DNA from: Paraspadella gotoi | Lineage: Eukaryota > Animalia > Chaetognatha | Assembly (NCBI GenBank): GCA_051294375.1 | Contig: CM119264.1 | Coordinates: 741,261-805,260, forward strand | DNA: 64,000 bases | Direction: 5' to 3' | Part shown: in pieces, positions 46,743 through 59,697 of the stretch | Position numbering within the stretch: position 1 is the first letter of the stretch | Layout of the letters: each line of letters begins with the position of its first letter | Notes under the pieces: generated by a model | Seen by the model: only the letters and a program-made list of their open reading frames with translations | What the model was told of the DNA's origin: nothing | The model's database searches: none | Made by a program: the position numbers and the translations under genes

Positions 46743-48053
46743 NNNNNNNNNNCCTCGACAGTGGAAAACGAGCCAGCGAAGATGAATTAATAATAAATTA
46801 AGAAATTTAATTTCAGGTCTGAAATACATTAGTAATAATATCTCTCGTTTGTCAAAAAACCGCTGAGGGAAAAAGTGGAATGAAAAACGTATTGATTAAA
46901 AAAAAAGAGAAGAAAATGAGGAAATATTTTCCTATAGTTGTTATTTTTAAATAAAATTTTTGTATGAAATGGGCACAACCAACATAAGATTATTGATTCA
47001 TTTAATAAATAAGCTAACCCTCTCTTTAAGGCCAGGGATCACTCAAAAAAGAATTGCACAAAAGCTTTATACAAATTGTTTTTATGCAAAAGAAGTATAT
47101 TTCTTTTGTGTTTCAAATAAATGTTATTCGTTTTCAAGATATTTAGATTTTAACCCCAAAATTTCATTATTTTTTTTATGAAGAAAAGTAAATTTGGAAA
47201 ATCACTCTCATAGAATTGGGGACCTTCACCTCAAGTAAAATTATTCTACTCTCAAAGACATCTCGTTTGTTTATATCCATTGAAATCGCGAATTTACGTG
47301 CTGACGATTATCTTTCTCTTCGGATTCTCTCCCCTCTCTCTACCTGCCCGCCCGCCCTCTCTCTCTCTCTCCTCACTCTCTCTCCTCTCTCTCCTCCTCT
47401 CTCTCTTTCTCTTTCTCTTTCTCTCTCTTCTCTTCCTCTTCTCCCTCGGCAGTGAAAACGACGCCAGCGAGATGAATTAATGAAATAAATTAGAAATTTT
47501 AATTTCAGGTCTGAATACTTATAAAATATCTCTCGTTTGTCAAAAAACGCTGTGGGGAAAAAAAGTGGAATGAAAAAACGTATTTTGATTTAAAAAAAAA
47601 AAAGAGAAGGAAAATGAGGGAAATATTTCTATCAGTTGTTTATTTTTTAAAATAAAATATTATTGTATTGAAATGGGCTGCACAACACAACATATAGATT
47701 ATGTCATTTATAAATAAGCTAACCTCTCTCTTAAGCGGCCAGGCATTCACTCAAAAAAAGAATTGCACAATAGTTTATACAAATTGTTTATAATGCAAAG
47801 AACGTTATATTCTTTGTGTTTCAAATAAATGTTATTCGTTTTCCAAGATATTTAGATTTTAAACCCCAAAATTTCATTATTTTTTTTATGAAGAAAATAA
47901 ATTGGAAATCACTCTCATAGAATTGGGACCTTCACCTCAAGTTAAAAATTATTGTTAAATTTCATAAAATCCGCTTGGCCTTTTCCATTTTCAAGCTTAA
48001 AAAAAAAACAATATCGTTCTCATCCAATGTGTTGCCACCGCAGTGGTACTATA

Positions 48054-48361
48054 CATCGCAAGATGAATAAGACTCCAAATTTAAAAATCGGATCAACGGA
48101 TTCGGATCAACGGATCGGATAAACGGATCGGTCGGAAATACAAATGAACATTCTCATTGGCTGAAGACAAATGGCACCGGCCAATGAACAAAATGGCCGG
48201 AATTACCCTATGACCTCCGCGTTTGGGCTGTATAAAGGGGGAACGAATTTGTATTGCATTCACTCTGCCTTTGAAATTACACCGTCTTGTTTATCGTTTT
48301 ATTTTCGAAGAAATAAAATCCACTTGGTTTCGCTCAGAAATCCTGTCTACTTACTAAATTG
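48054..48361 (+). repeat. 5' LTR
   Basis: catcgcaagatg...ctacttactaaattg. Contains (cggatcaa)n repeats, CCAAT, TATAAA (~48231) and AATAAA (~48312). Confidence 0.9.
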
Positions 48362-48362
48362 T

Positions 48363-48383
48363 TGGTGACAGGAGTGGATTCGA
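48363..48383 (+). promoter_or_regulatory. Primer binding site complementary to the tRNA-Leu 3' end
   Basis: tggtgacaggagtggattcga closely resembles TGGTGTCAGGAGTGGGATTCGA, the complement of the animal tRNA-Leu(CAG) 3' end. Also present at 58068. Confidence 0.85.
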
Positions 48384-48447
48384 CACACCACGTCTCCACG
48401 AAGAGAAACTCGCCTACCCCACCAAAGACCACGCCACCCTTAAAGAA

Positions 48448-49740
48448 ATGGACACACCACCCCCCAACAATCCCACGCGCTAAAGTGGGAATGAAAAGGG
48501 TCGCGACGCCAACACAGGGGCGGCCGCGCTGGACAAGACGGGTAGCAGACCGCAGCAGACACGAGTCTACACGTTTGAACTCAACGGTTACCTGCAGGAA
48601 ACCACTGCGCCAATTGGGCAACGACCAGGCGGGAGGACCCGCCAATGTGCTCAAAGTAATCAACGACGGTCAACAACAAAACAAGCAAGAGATTGCCATC
48701 TTAAAAAAATTCGCGTCAAAGACTGCGAAGCAAACCTTGGATCGAAAATCGATGACCTCCGCGGAATGATGCAGGCAAATGCATGACCCAAGTCAGCAAC
48801 CAATAATCACCTGGATGTCAACGAGAGCCCATGGGCTTGGTCTCGCGCCCAAGCCTCACCATCAGGATTATACCCTGACTCCTCGAATCCTGCTCGTCCG
48901 GATCAATCCTCGCCGAAAACTTTTTAAGAACAGCCGTCAAGTGAAAACCTTGTCAAAGCTTCCAGAGACGAAACGCCGTCAGGAAAGCGGAGGAAGCGAC
49001 CCGCCCTCTTACACCCCAAGCGAGCAACAATCAGCTCGAGGAAAAGGAGATTCTGACGAATCCCCTGCCGACTTTCTCGCAGCTTCTATGAAGGCGTAAG
49101 GGACTCACCAACGCCGGATTAAAGTCGACCAGCAACTGCGCGGCCCTCCTCGCCAGGAACAAGTCGCCAGTAAAACCGCTATGTTCGAGCCCATAAGCCA
49201 GTCCATGTGGCTAGGGCTGAAGCACTCTGCGAAGATCCACCTTGAGCATTCGCTGAAGCCCTCAAGAAGCAAATTCGAGGTGGACCCTCAGGTGCATGCC
49301 AAATACGGGTATTGGCGCTCTGTCCAACGCCCGCTAAGGAAAACTTCGAGGCGGTAAGGGAGAAGGACAGGGCCTCCATCCCGGACTACTGGCGCAAAAT
49401 GCTTGTAGAGGCCTGGAACCTTATGTTCCCCGGGATCACGTCGGAAACAACTGGAATGGACGACGATGCTGGAACAAGGCGAAACTCGCCGCCTCGGAGG
49501 CAATAGAATACAAATGAGGGCGTACTCAAGAAAAACGCCGACGTCGCCGCTCAGGAAGGTTCGTAAAAACCGTATCGGAAGACGACAAAGAAAAATTATG
49601 TGAACGCCCATTGTTCAGAAAAAGGGACAAAACCGACAAGGACCCAGACGCCAGTGCCAACAGCGTTTTATCAGCTCAATGTTGCAAAGAATGAACAACA
49701 TGAGCGAAATGATGAAGGAGCTTTAAGAAGGAGTTAGGGA
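48448..49740 (+). pseudogene. gag: gag-like region (multiple frameshifts, possibly sequence errors)
   Basis: Position after the PBS and helical coding fragments (e.g. RASIPDYWRKMLVEAWNLMFPG). No diagnostic motif, so the boundaries are approximate. Confidence 0.5.
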
Positions 49741-50899
49741 GGACCGGACGCCAATCTGATCGAGAGGATCGCTCGACATCGAAACGACACAGCCCCACAG
49801 GGACAAGAAAGGAACCTTTCAAAAACCGCGACTGGAAAAAGCGACAAAAAGAAAGCTGGCGCGAAGGAAAGAAAGGAAGGGGAGAAAAAAGCCGATTATT
49901 TTGAAAAAGATAGGGACATCGTATAGACTTTAACTCGCAGATATTGATATGATTTCGCTTCTGATATTGACGAAAATAAAAATGAATTCTACTACAACTG
50001 CGTTGTAAACAAAAAATTAAAAAAAAGTGAGAAAGCTAAAAGAACAACAGCTAAAGAACTCCTACAAGGAGCTTTGGTTAGGAAGGTAAATGTCGATTAA
50101 TACCGAAACGTTTGACGCCTGTCTCAGGGGGAAAATAAAAGAATTAGCAGACCAGCGGAATAGGCTAAGAGGAAAATCAACACATTCACGACATTATAAA
50201 CTGCTTAGACCTCTTGACGCCAACGAATCGCTCTCCGCTAACAAAATTTCTCCACAAAATGGATGAAGAATGGCCTCTCCGGACACAGCCGGGGAAAATG
50301 GCTATCATATCAAGGTCAAAGGCCATGCAGCCAAGCTCATGAGCGCGAGCAAAACGTAACGACGCGTCGCAAATCAGCCTAACCAATCACTTGAACATAC
50401 CAATCAACAATCAGCCAATCAACCACCAATCGACTCGAACAACTCGACGAAATCAGTCAACCAGTCAAATCAATCAAGTTGCTCAACAAGGCCACTCGAT
50501 GCAGTCAACGCCAGCCAACCCAATCTTTTGGCGCCCTCCCCAAGGCCTTACCCTCATCCAAAAACTAAAAACAACAGGACCAAAACCAGAAAAACGCAAA
50601 CGGAATAGGCCTGAGCAAAGTACGACCCGACCGGCAGCAAAAACAACCCTTACTTATCGTATAATAGCGAGCGACACAAACTGAGAATCCCTCCATCAGG
50701 GCCAACAATCAGGCGAATATGAACTCGGAATGCCATTCAACGGAAATCTTCCCTCCTCCGAAGGCGAAGCCGGATGATTGAACCGAGAGAATCGACAGCC
50801 TGGCTTACCGAAAATCACCAATCGATTGAGGAAGGACCTGGACCAGAACTAGAGACGACACGATTCTCGCCTGCCACTCGGGCAGAAACAGTTACATCC

Positions 50900-53800
50900 C
50901 AGCGGTAATCGCTGGGAGCGGCCAGCCAGTGTTTTGGTATGACACAGGGCGCCTCCATCAAACACTGTACCGAGGAAATTTCGTAGAAAAAATGGGCTTG
51001 TCGAATCACGTGTTAATCACGGAACGCCACTGCGGTTATCAACGGCCACTGGAAACAATCACTTGACTGAAAGGATTAACCTAAGGGTGATGTTTCAATG
51101 CTGGGTTTTACGCATGTTTTTTAGTTCTCGGCCGACGAAAATGACCAAGACATAATCATCGGAACCGCCATCACAAACCAGGCCCCCCTGACCAGCTTTG
51201 GTAGTCCAACGTCGACCAAAGGCAAAAATTTGCAATATTGCGTCAATGGATAACAAAACCCATAACGCACCTGTTTGGCTAAAACAAAACATTGATAGCT
51301 TTAAAAGCAGGCAAGTGGCTAGGCGAGGAAGCATCGACGAACTAAACTGCACTTACCCAATTCATGCTGAAAAAGTCGAGAATTGGAAAAACAGCTAACT
51401 CTTCTAACAGGGCATATGGAAAAACCTTGACAGGACAAGGTGGATCATCGAGGCCGAAATGATGACCAAAGTTATACATCGCGGACGGCCGATCAACTGA
51501 AAAAGAAGGATCGAACTAGAGACGACCCTGGCCCTGGGGAACTGCACGCCCCCTTGATCACCAATGAAGCCCAAAGCGGAGTTATGCTCGAGACCGAGAC
51601 AAACGGTCAACCGGTAACAGGCGGATTTGACAGGAAAAGAGCGCTGCTAAGGAAGTTCGGAAAGGACCATATCCCTGCCACGGACCATAGTCCACCACAA
51701 ACCAGTTGCCTAGGAATTGGAGCAGTAGAAGAGGCCGTCAAAGGAGAAAACAAAAACATGACGACGAGGCAGGAAGCTTTTTTTAAAAGCCATTTAAAGA
51801 CGTCGATCCAGCCTTAAAGGAAAGCCCAACTCGTATGGGACATCGTTGGGAATACAGGGATGTGTTCGGCGAGTCCATCAACGACTTGCAAGGAAGGGTT
51901 TCTCCAATTTACAAGGTCGACTAGGCTACACCGACGATGATCACCCAAACCAAAGTTTTGCAAATCAGGGACCCGTCAAGAAGGCCGCCTCAAAGGATCT
52001 GAGGTTTCGAGAAAGCTGGCAAGTCTCTAGAACAAGAAATGAAGTTATTTCGAACGCCTTCCTTAATAAAAAAACCTGGACATTATCGCCGAGGGCCAAG
52101 GACCAGATGAAACGACGAAACATTGCAAAACAATGGCGGTTGATATTGCGACCTCTCGGCAGTCCAATAATTAATATCTCCACCTATGCAACTGAAACCT
52201 CAAACAATTGCATCCATACTGAGCCAATACAAACCGCATGAACTTCAATGCTCAGTCGACATCTATGGGCCTGCTTCCACCAGGGTCAATCTCACGAGCC
52301 GCTGCAAACCCGTAACAACCTTCGCCGGAGCTGGCCACAACTGGTGGATGAATAAGCTGCCAAAATGGGAGGGGTGAACAGCTCAACGTCCCCTCCAAGC
52401 CATCCTGCGACGAAAATCTTCCAGGACTTGGGCACAGACGTTAAAAAGTTTTCTCCGTTTTTATGTCGTACGACTTGATCCTGACAGGCCACAATCTCCA
52501 GAGGACATGGCCAAGGTACTGATCTCCTACAAAGGTGCAGAGACGAGAATGTTGGTCCTCAATGTGCGACAAAGGTACTGCTGCGCAAAGAGGACATCAA
52601 GATACTTGGGTTCAGTATCTCACAGAGCAAACTAATTGCCACAGAGAGAAAAGCTTGATGCCGTTGAAGTCAAGCTGAAATCGCTAAAACGACAAAAAAG
52701 AACTCAGGAGCGATGCTAGCATCACTAAATTATTACAGATGCTTTTCACCATCGCTTCTCTGTACATTGCCCAACCCTCCACGCCCTCACCCTACTGGAT
52801 AAGAAAGATCACGCTGACAGCCAAACACATGAAATGCTGCAGGCTACTTGTCGAGGAAATCAGATTCGTCACCCGGCTTGAATTTCCTAAATGATGCAGA
52901 ATTCAAGCAAGAACGTACAGAATATACGCCGACGCCATACAAGGCGCAATGGCGGCGCTAATCACCGCCACTGCAGACGGGCATCGAGTATCCTTATCAT
53001 TTCATTCAAAAATCATTTTCCGACGAATATAGGATAAAAAACACATCAACATCCTAAGAAACACTCGCTTCAACATGATTGGTCCGCAAGTTTAAGGGCT
53101 AACATGTGGACGAAGCGTCACCCTCGTTACTTGATTCACATATTTCAAAAGGGTGATGGATCTCCAGCATGCACAGACAGCAGCTGTTGCCACGAAACGT
53201 GCTCAGTGGATCACGGAAATTAGACAGGGAATGTCAGCCTAACAGAAATTGTCCTTCGTCAAGAGCGAGGACAACCCAGCCGATTTCCTTTGACCCCGCT
53301 TCACAGATCCAAGGCCAGGTAACACCTCTCGACACGCCTTCTTCCCGGCAGATTCCGACGTGACCGAGAGAATTGAGCCGGGGTTCGCTGAGAACCCCGT
53401 CTACGATCAAGAAAACCCACAGAACATCTAGAGCTCATCATCAGGGACACGCCCCAACACTAGCATTAGTTTAGCAAAAACGTTTAATGGAGGACAACCA
53501 AAGCTTTCAGAGCGCAAAATTTTTTGAGTTCGTGAGACAAAGATTTCCACCAAGAAAAGGCCAACATCGAAAAATTGTATGCAAGCCCAAAAACTATAGA
53601 CCCTGATACCTTATCCGGAACTATATCCGCCAAAGACTGGAGCCTGGCCACCCCTGAGCTGCGAAATTGCTCAGTGAAATGATCGGAATCACCCTAATCA
53701 TGAATGGATGAGGATTCAACATAAAGAAAACAGGTTGCAAATTCGAAAAAAGTGTTATGGTGTCACCAACAAATGACAGAACACTAAAAATATTAGAAAC

Positions 53801-55542
53801 CATCCACTGGACAGCGTCAGCTTAGTTCAGTGATGAAAACAAGACCACACCCCTACGACCCGTCAGCCTTGGACCAATCAAATACAGGTGTGGATGGCAC
53901 TCAGACAACCAGAGCGCAGGGGGACGCCCAAAAACCTCCAAGGTGAGCCGTCCAACACGCCGACCACTCTCCCAAGACTTCATAAACATCAACTAAACAC
54001 AGGGGAAGCGACAAACGAAAGTAGCAAACTCCCGCGGCGTCGCCCGTCAAAACTTCTCAATAATTAGAAGTTGCAAAGGCAGGTGGCAAATCAAAGAGCT
54101 AATGATAGACAAGCACTTTTGAAGCAGATATCGATGCCAGCGAAACAGAAGTAAGCCGAAGAAATAACCAAGCCACAAGGAAACAAACCAAACCTTGTCC
54201 CCTCGCCAGTTGACATAAAAAAATGGCAATCGAGGATGATTCGTTCGGCTTCATCGAAGCTCTCAAAGAAGGCCGATCACGAAAAAAGCAAAACAAAACT
54301 AAATGAGAAAATTGGAAAAAAGAGAAGGACAGGTGAACTGAGAAATACTTGTCAAAACTGACCTGAATCATTCTCTACGTCACCAGCAATGGCATCCTCG
54401 TCATCAAAGGCTTCAAGCAAATACGGCCGACCATAAGTTTGTTGTACCTGCCTCCAAAAAGCAGAGATTATCACCAAACAGTTCCATGCAGCTTTTGGTC
54501 ATCCAGGCCTGATCGGACGGCATCATAACCGCCCAATACATCCCGCCCTGGACTAACAACAGCCGCGGCGAAATGTCTCAGAAAACTGTGATAATTGCGC
54601 AAAAGCGACAGATAACAGAACACAACGAAACTTCGTCAGGCCCCTATCTAGCCGTGGCACCATGGGAATCGTTAAGCATCGATATTCAGCATCTCCCCAC
54701 CGTATTCCGGATAACAGTTACATCCTAGTTGCGCTAGATAACGCGTCTGCTTATACTTGGGCAAATCCCACTACGCGAGCAGACGCGCGCCATTTAAAGG
54801 CCTTTAGACGAAAAAAGATTTTCTCCAACTATGGATCTTACATGGAAAGTAAACTTTGATGGCGCAACACAATTAAACGGAGCGGCCATGAGATCAATTA
54901 CTAAAACCTACTCGACACAGTAGGCAGGCGCGTTCCTCGTAAAGGCCGCGAAGTACAGACAACAGGCGATGAACGCGGACATAGGCCGAATCCGTCAAAG
55001 CTCTTCGAAAAGGCAGTGGATGACCAGCCAAGCAGATGGCTGGAACAGGCTGCCTCAAAACCTCATCTTTCTTACTGAATGCGACTCCCCATAATTGGCT
55101 GGAAAACGGATACGTTCGCACATTGAGATTCAATTTGGCCATAGGCAAGAATAGTAGAAAGCGCGGACGAACTTTATCGAAAAGAAATCTCATTGTTTCA
55201 TTAAGACAAAGGGCCGATAAGCAAGAAAAGAGGCCCAGACACAGCTGGGCCGACCAACGCCACAAAGCTCTATAAACAATCGGCCAGAAGAAAACCCATT
55301 CAGACGACAGAAGAGATTTAAGGTCGGTGATCTTGTTCCTAGCCAGACGAGACCTGATCATGGCAGGAACGGCGACACTGAGAACAAAGGGTCAAACGCA
55401 TATATTCGGGCCCTCCACAAAGTCGTTAGAGAAAGACGGCAACCATTATGTCTCTCGAAGCTGGCCGAAACCTCAAATATCATCGATGGCCGTCGCCTCA
55501 AAAAACATTAGACAAGGCCAACAGAGTAGAAAGAAGACATAA
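50900..55542 (+). pseudogene. pol: pol polyprotein: aspartic protease, reverse transcriptase, RNase H, integrase (frameshifted)
   Basis: DTGAS at ~50941; QWRLILD at ~52131; TTFAG..WWMNKLP(M)G at ~52315; YV(D)DLIL at ~52462; IYADA at ~52922; DNPADFL at 53270; HAAFGHPG at 54485 and CDNC at 54587 (HHCC); PWESLSID at 54660; FKVGDLV at 55317 and FGP at 55406 (GPY/F). Some motifs need 1-bp indel corrections. Confidence 0.9.
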
Positions 55543-55976
55543 AGTAGTGTAAATAAAACTTAGATTTAAATAAATAAATAAATAAAACGTAGGATTAGTT
55601 ATTCACTAAGGACGTACTTTAGAAATAGAACAAAAAAAAAAAAAAAAAAAATGAGACAAAGTAATCTTCCTGATGGAATTCGAAAACAAAGACAACAAAA
55701 AACACCGCGAGACAGAACCCGACCAAAAAAAAAAAACAAAGCCACGAAGCCCCGACCTCACCGAAACGACCAACAAAAAAAACGGAAACCGACGCCAATG
55801 AAACGGAGCCAGCTGAGGAACGAGCATTTCTATTCAAAAGAAAACTCTCTCTCTTCTCGTTTCAAAATTAAAAAAGAAACATCTCTCTCTCTCTCCTCGT
55901 TGCAAAATGAAAAGGATCTTCGTTCCCCTCACGGTCACAACTCCAGCTCCGACGACGCGCTTGTGCGCTGTCGTCT

Positions 55977-55987
55977 GAGGAGGGGGA
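55977..55987 (+). promoter_or_regulatory. Polypurine tract
   Basis: gaggaggggga, 2 nt upstream of the 3' LTR. Confidence 0.85.
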
Positions 55988-55989
55988 CG

Positions 55990-56316
55990 CATCGCAGATG
56001 AAATCAAGACTCCAGAATTTAAAATCGCGATTCAAGGATTCGGATCAACGGAATCGGATCAACGGATCGGGATCGAAATACATGGAACATTCTCATTTGG
56101 CTTGAAAACACAAATGGCACCGGCCAATGAACAAATTGGCCGGGAAATTTTACCCTTACCTCCGAATCCGTTTGGGCTGTATAAAAGGGAAACCGAATCT
56201 GTATTGATTTCCACTCTGCCTTGAAAATGACCACCGTCTTGTTTTATCGTTTATTTTTCGAAAAGAAAATAAAATCCACTTGGTTTCGCCAGAAATCCCT
56301 GTCTACTACTAAATTG
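55990..56316 (+). repeat. 3' LTR
   Basis: catcgcagatg...ctactactaaattg, colinear with the 5' LTR. Confidence 0.9.
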
Positions 56317-57659
56317 ATATTTTTACTTATATATTTATTTTTTGATCACATGATTTGACATGACATGACAAAAAAACTTTCTTAGCCCTTATATTTATGC
56401 ATCAAAATTCCATCTTTTATTCCCTATAGTTTGAGGATTTGCCTGAAGGCGGCGCTAGGGGTCCCTTTGAATCTGTGAGAGCGACCGACAGACAGACAGA
56501 ACGGACCGACAGACAGAGCCAAAAAAGTGACTTTATAGAGTGGCTCCGCGAGTACTCGCGGCGCAACTAAAAAAGAAGAATAGAGATTCCAATGTGTTTG
56601 GCGCCACCGTGACTTTCTTATCAGTGTATCTCCCGACACACTGCATCCAAATTTGTCTTTCACTCTTCATTTTAAATAAATTAGTTAAAAAAACGAAAGG
56701 TGGCGCTAGCAGTCGATTAGATTCGAGGAACAGGAAAAATAACAAAAGAGCAACCAAATTTAAATGATATTGAAGTTCAAGTATGATATATAATAGATTT
56801 TAAAGGTAGCAATGGTACTTTACCTTCCTACCAATTATGAACTTAATCGAAAAATTATATAAAGATATGAACTTTTCATTCAACCAAGAATGAGATTGAG
56901 TTCATCCATCTCATGTACATATTGTCGTATTAACGTTGACTTGTCATAAATTCCATTCCATATCATTTCATGAGTTCATATCACGAATTCCCTTTTGTCA
57001 TTAATGTAGCAATTGATAATTATTATTAATAAATGTCCCAAACCCTCTAATCAATCATTATCATCAAGTGATATCATCATTTTGAACGTGAGTCTGATCG
57101 ATAGACGGGACTGACTGACCGACCGACGTGGTTTGTGTTTAAACCGATAAACGCGAGATAATCTTTTTTTTTTTTGACAAAGTTGAGTCTAAATTAATTT
57201 TTGTTGAGACGTTAAAAAGTAAAACGAAGCGAAAAGTCGTTACAGGTTAACCACAGTTTTAAAATGAAGATATTTTTTTAAGAATCGGTGTTTAGCGATT
57301 AATATTATGATCAATTTTGTATTAATAATTTAATTTGACAGAAATTAAAAATATTTAAAAAATTAATTTTAGTTTATTTGTCATCGGGGTATTACTAAAA
57401 AGCTCACCGCCGCCTAAAAAGCATGATCCCCTTATGGTTAAAGCGCGCTAACTGAAGAACACTATCCGTAACTTCTGTGCTCCCTCAGCAATGGGTGCCT
57501 GGGCTTGGACCCCAAGGCGGTTTGCGGCCGTCCTGACGCTTCCCGCAGGATCTCGGTACAATTGGGGATCGATCTCGGTACAATTGGGGATCGATGTCTT
57601 GGATCGATTCGTCAATTGTCGGCTATCGACTCGCNNNNNNNNNNNNNNNNNNNNNNNNN

Positions 57660-58175
57660 TGTTAAATTCATAAAAATCCGCTTGGCCTTTTCATTTTCAA
57701 GCTTAAAAAACAATATCGTGTCATCCAATGTGTTGCGCCGCAAGTGACTATACATCGCAAGATGAATAAGACTCCAAGATTTAATCGGGATCAACGGATT
57801 CGGATCAACGGATCGGAATCAAACGGATCGGATGCGGAAATACAAATGGAACATTTCTCATCTGGCTGAAGACAAATGGCACCGGCCAAATGAACAAAAT
57901 GGCCCCGGAAATTACCCTACCTCCGTCGTTTGGCCTGTATAAAGGGGAACGAATTTGTATTGTCTCACTCTGCCTTGAAATTGACACCGTCTTGTTTATC
58001 GTTTTTTTTCGAAGAAATAAAATCCACTTGGTTTTCGCTCAGAAATCCTGTCTACTTACTAAATTGTTGGTGACAGGAGTGGATTCGACACACCACGTCT
58101 CACGAAGAGAACTCGCCTACCCCACCAAAGACCCACGCCACCCTTAAAGAAATGGACCACCACCCCCAAACATCT
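57660..58175 (+). repeat. Extra copy of left flank + 5' LTR (57753-58066) + PBS + start of internal region
   Basis: Matches 47953-48470 including the same insertion junction. Lies next to an N gap. Confidence 0.85.
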
Positions 58176-58182
58176 TTTAAAG

Positions 58183-58365
58183 TGGTACAATTGGGGATCG
58201 ATCCTGGTACAATTGGGGATCGATTTCAGTACAATTGGGGATCGATCTCGGTAAAATTGGGGATCGATCCTGGTACAATTGGGGATCGATCTCAATACAA
58301 TTGGGGATCGATCCTGGTACAATTGGGGATCGATCTCGGTACAATTGGGGATCGATCTCGGTACC
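58183..58365. repeat. 23-bp minisatellite (ggtacaattggggatcgatcYY)n inside an R1 copy
   Basis: About 8 units here and 2 at 57555-57600. R1 sequence resumes at 58360-58435. Confidence 0.85.
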
Positions 58366-59077
58366 TAATGGTAATAAGCTGATGGCCTTTCTCGATGAGT
58401 AACCGGGTCACGAACGAAGATCTCATGCTTATAGCAATGTCTGACAACATATCTGTTTATCTGATGTTTTTTGTCAGCAGTATTTGTTATTTTTATCGAA
58501 TATACTTATATATATATTAAGTATATACTTATACTTAATACTTATTATCACTTTGACTAACTAAATATTTGAAAACCTCCAAGTCATTATATACTTTCAT
58601 AAATTAAAAAAATAAAGTTTTTGGCGAAATAAGTAATATTTATCAAATTACCAATAAAAAAATAAAGGCCCCGCAACATCCTAAAAAATACCTTTGTTCT
58701 TTTTTTTTCCATTTTCAAATTTGAATTTAATTTTCGATGAAAGATGCGATATTTAAAAAAAAAAATGTTCTCTCTGAAATAATCAATAATTTTTAACCCC
58801 ATTTCTCCTCTTTTTTTGGATTGGCTTGTTTTAAAATGGTGGTTTTGCTCTTTTAAATGCAGATTGTTTTATCGTTGTGTAACGTTGCGAATAACAACCT
58901 AGACTTGTCTTTTAAAAAAATCGACAATTTTTTGTGGCTTCTTCCTTTCTGTCTTTTTTTCTTTTCTTTTTTAAAGCTTCCGTTTTTTTAAAGTTTTCTC
59001 TCAGTCCTTGGAAGAGACATCTCCCCATTTGGGGAAAGGAAAAAAGTGATGAGGAAAATGTTGCGCAGTTGTTGTTC

Positions 59078-59121
<44 letters not shown>

Positions 59122-59244
59122 CGCCAGACGGACAGGGGAAAGATACAGACAAGGACTGAGAAAGACAGAGAGAGAGCAGATAACCTCGGGGTTTCTTTTT
59201 ATCTTTAACTCTTTTGGAAACGAGGAACTGAGATTTCGCAGCAG

Positions 59245-59343
<99 letters not shown>

Positions 59344-59508
59344 GTGAGAAATCAAAGGCTCCAAGGAGGAACTGTCTTGTCTCACCGCGGTCGCACCACG
59401 ACGACGCACCATGGCGCAGAATGGCGCACTTTGGCGCACCATGGCGCACCAATTTCCCTGACGCTGCTTTCTCTTCCCTTTACTTTGGAAGGAAACTAAT
59501 AAACAAAC

Positions 59509-59697
59509 TTTTTAGCCGGATCTGTTTAAGTTAAGCAGATTCCTGCTCTACGATTCACTTTGTCGGTCCGTCGGTCCCACTTCGAAATATTGTCGGTAAG
59601 TCAACTACATCTTGTCAGAACATCAAATTATTGTAAATTATGAAAAAAATTTATATATGTCCGTCCGCTCCACGAATACTCGTGGCGCGAATAAAAT
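59509..59697 (+). mobile_element. Short HINE-like element
   Basis: T-run, hairpin ggatctg..cagattcc, gtcggtcc microsatellite, hairpin ccacgaatactcgtgg, A-run. Confidence 0.4.

Larger units (their letters stand above)
48054..56316 (+). mobile_element. Full-length Ty3/gypsy (Metaviridae) LTR retrotransposon, ~8.3 kb
   Basis: Paired ~310-330-bp LTRs, PBS, PPT and domain order PR-RT-RH-IN. Empty site at 45517-45520. Confidence 0.95.

Noticed and set aside
55651-56001. env-like third ORF of the retrotransposon
   Set aside because: It is short, Lys/Arg-rich from A-runs, and has no signal peptide or TM segment; treated as 3' UTR.
57753-58175. Independent second LTR insertion
   Set aside because: It has the same left flank and junction as 48054 and sits beside a gap, so it is a redundant copy of the same locus.
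58183-58365. CRISPR-like array (also considered 62875-63030)
   Set aside because: The repeats are contiguous without unique spacers, the context is eukaryotic, and there are no cas genes.
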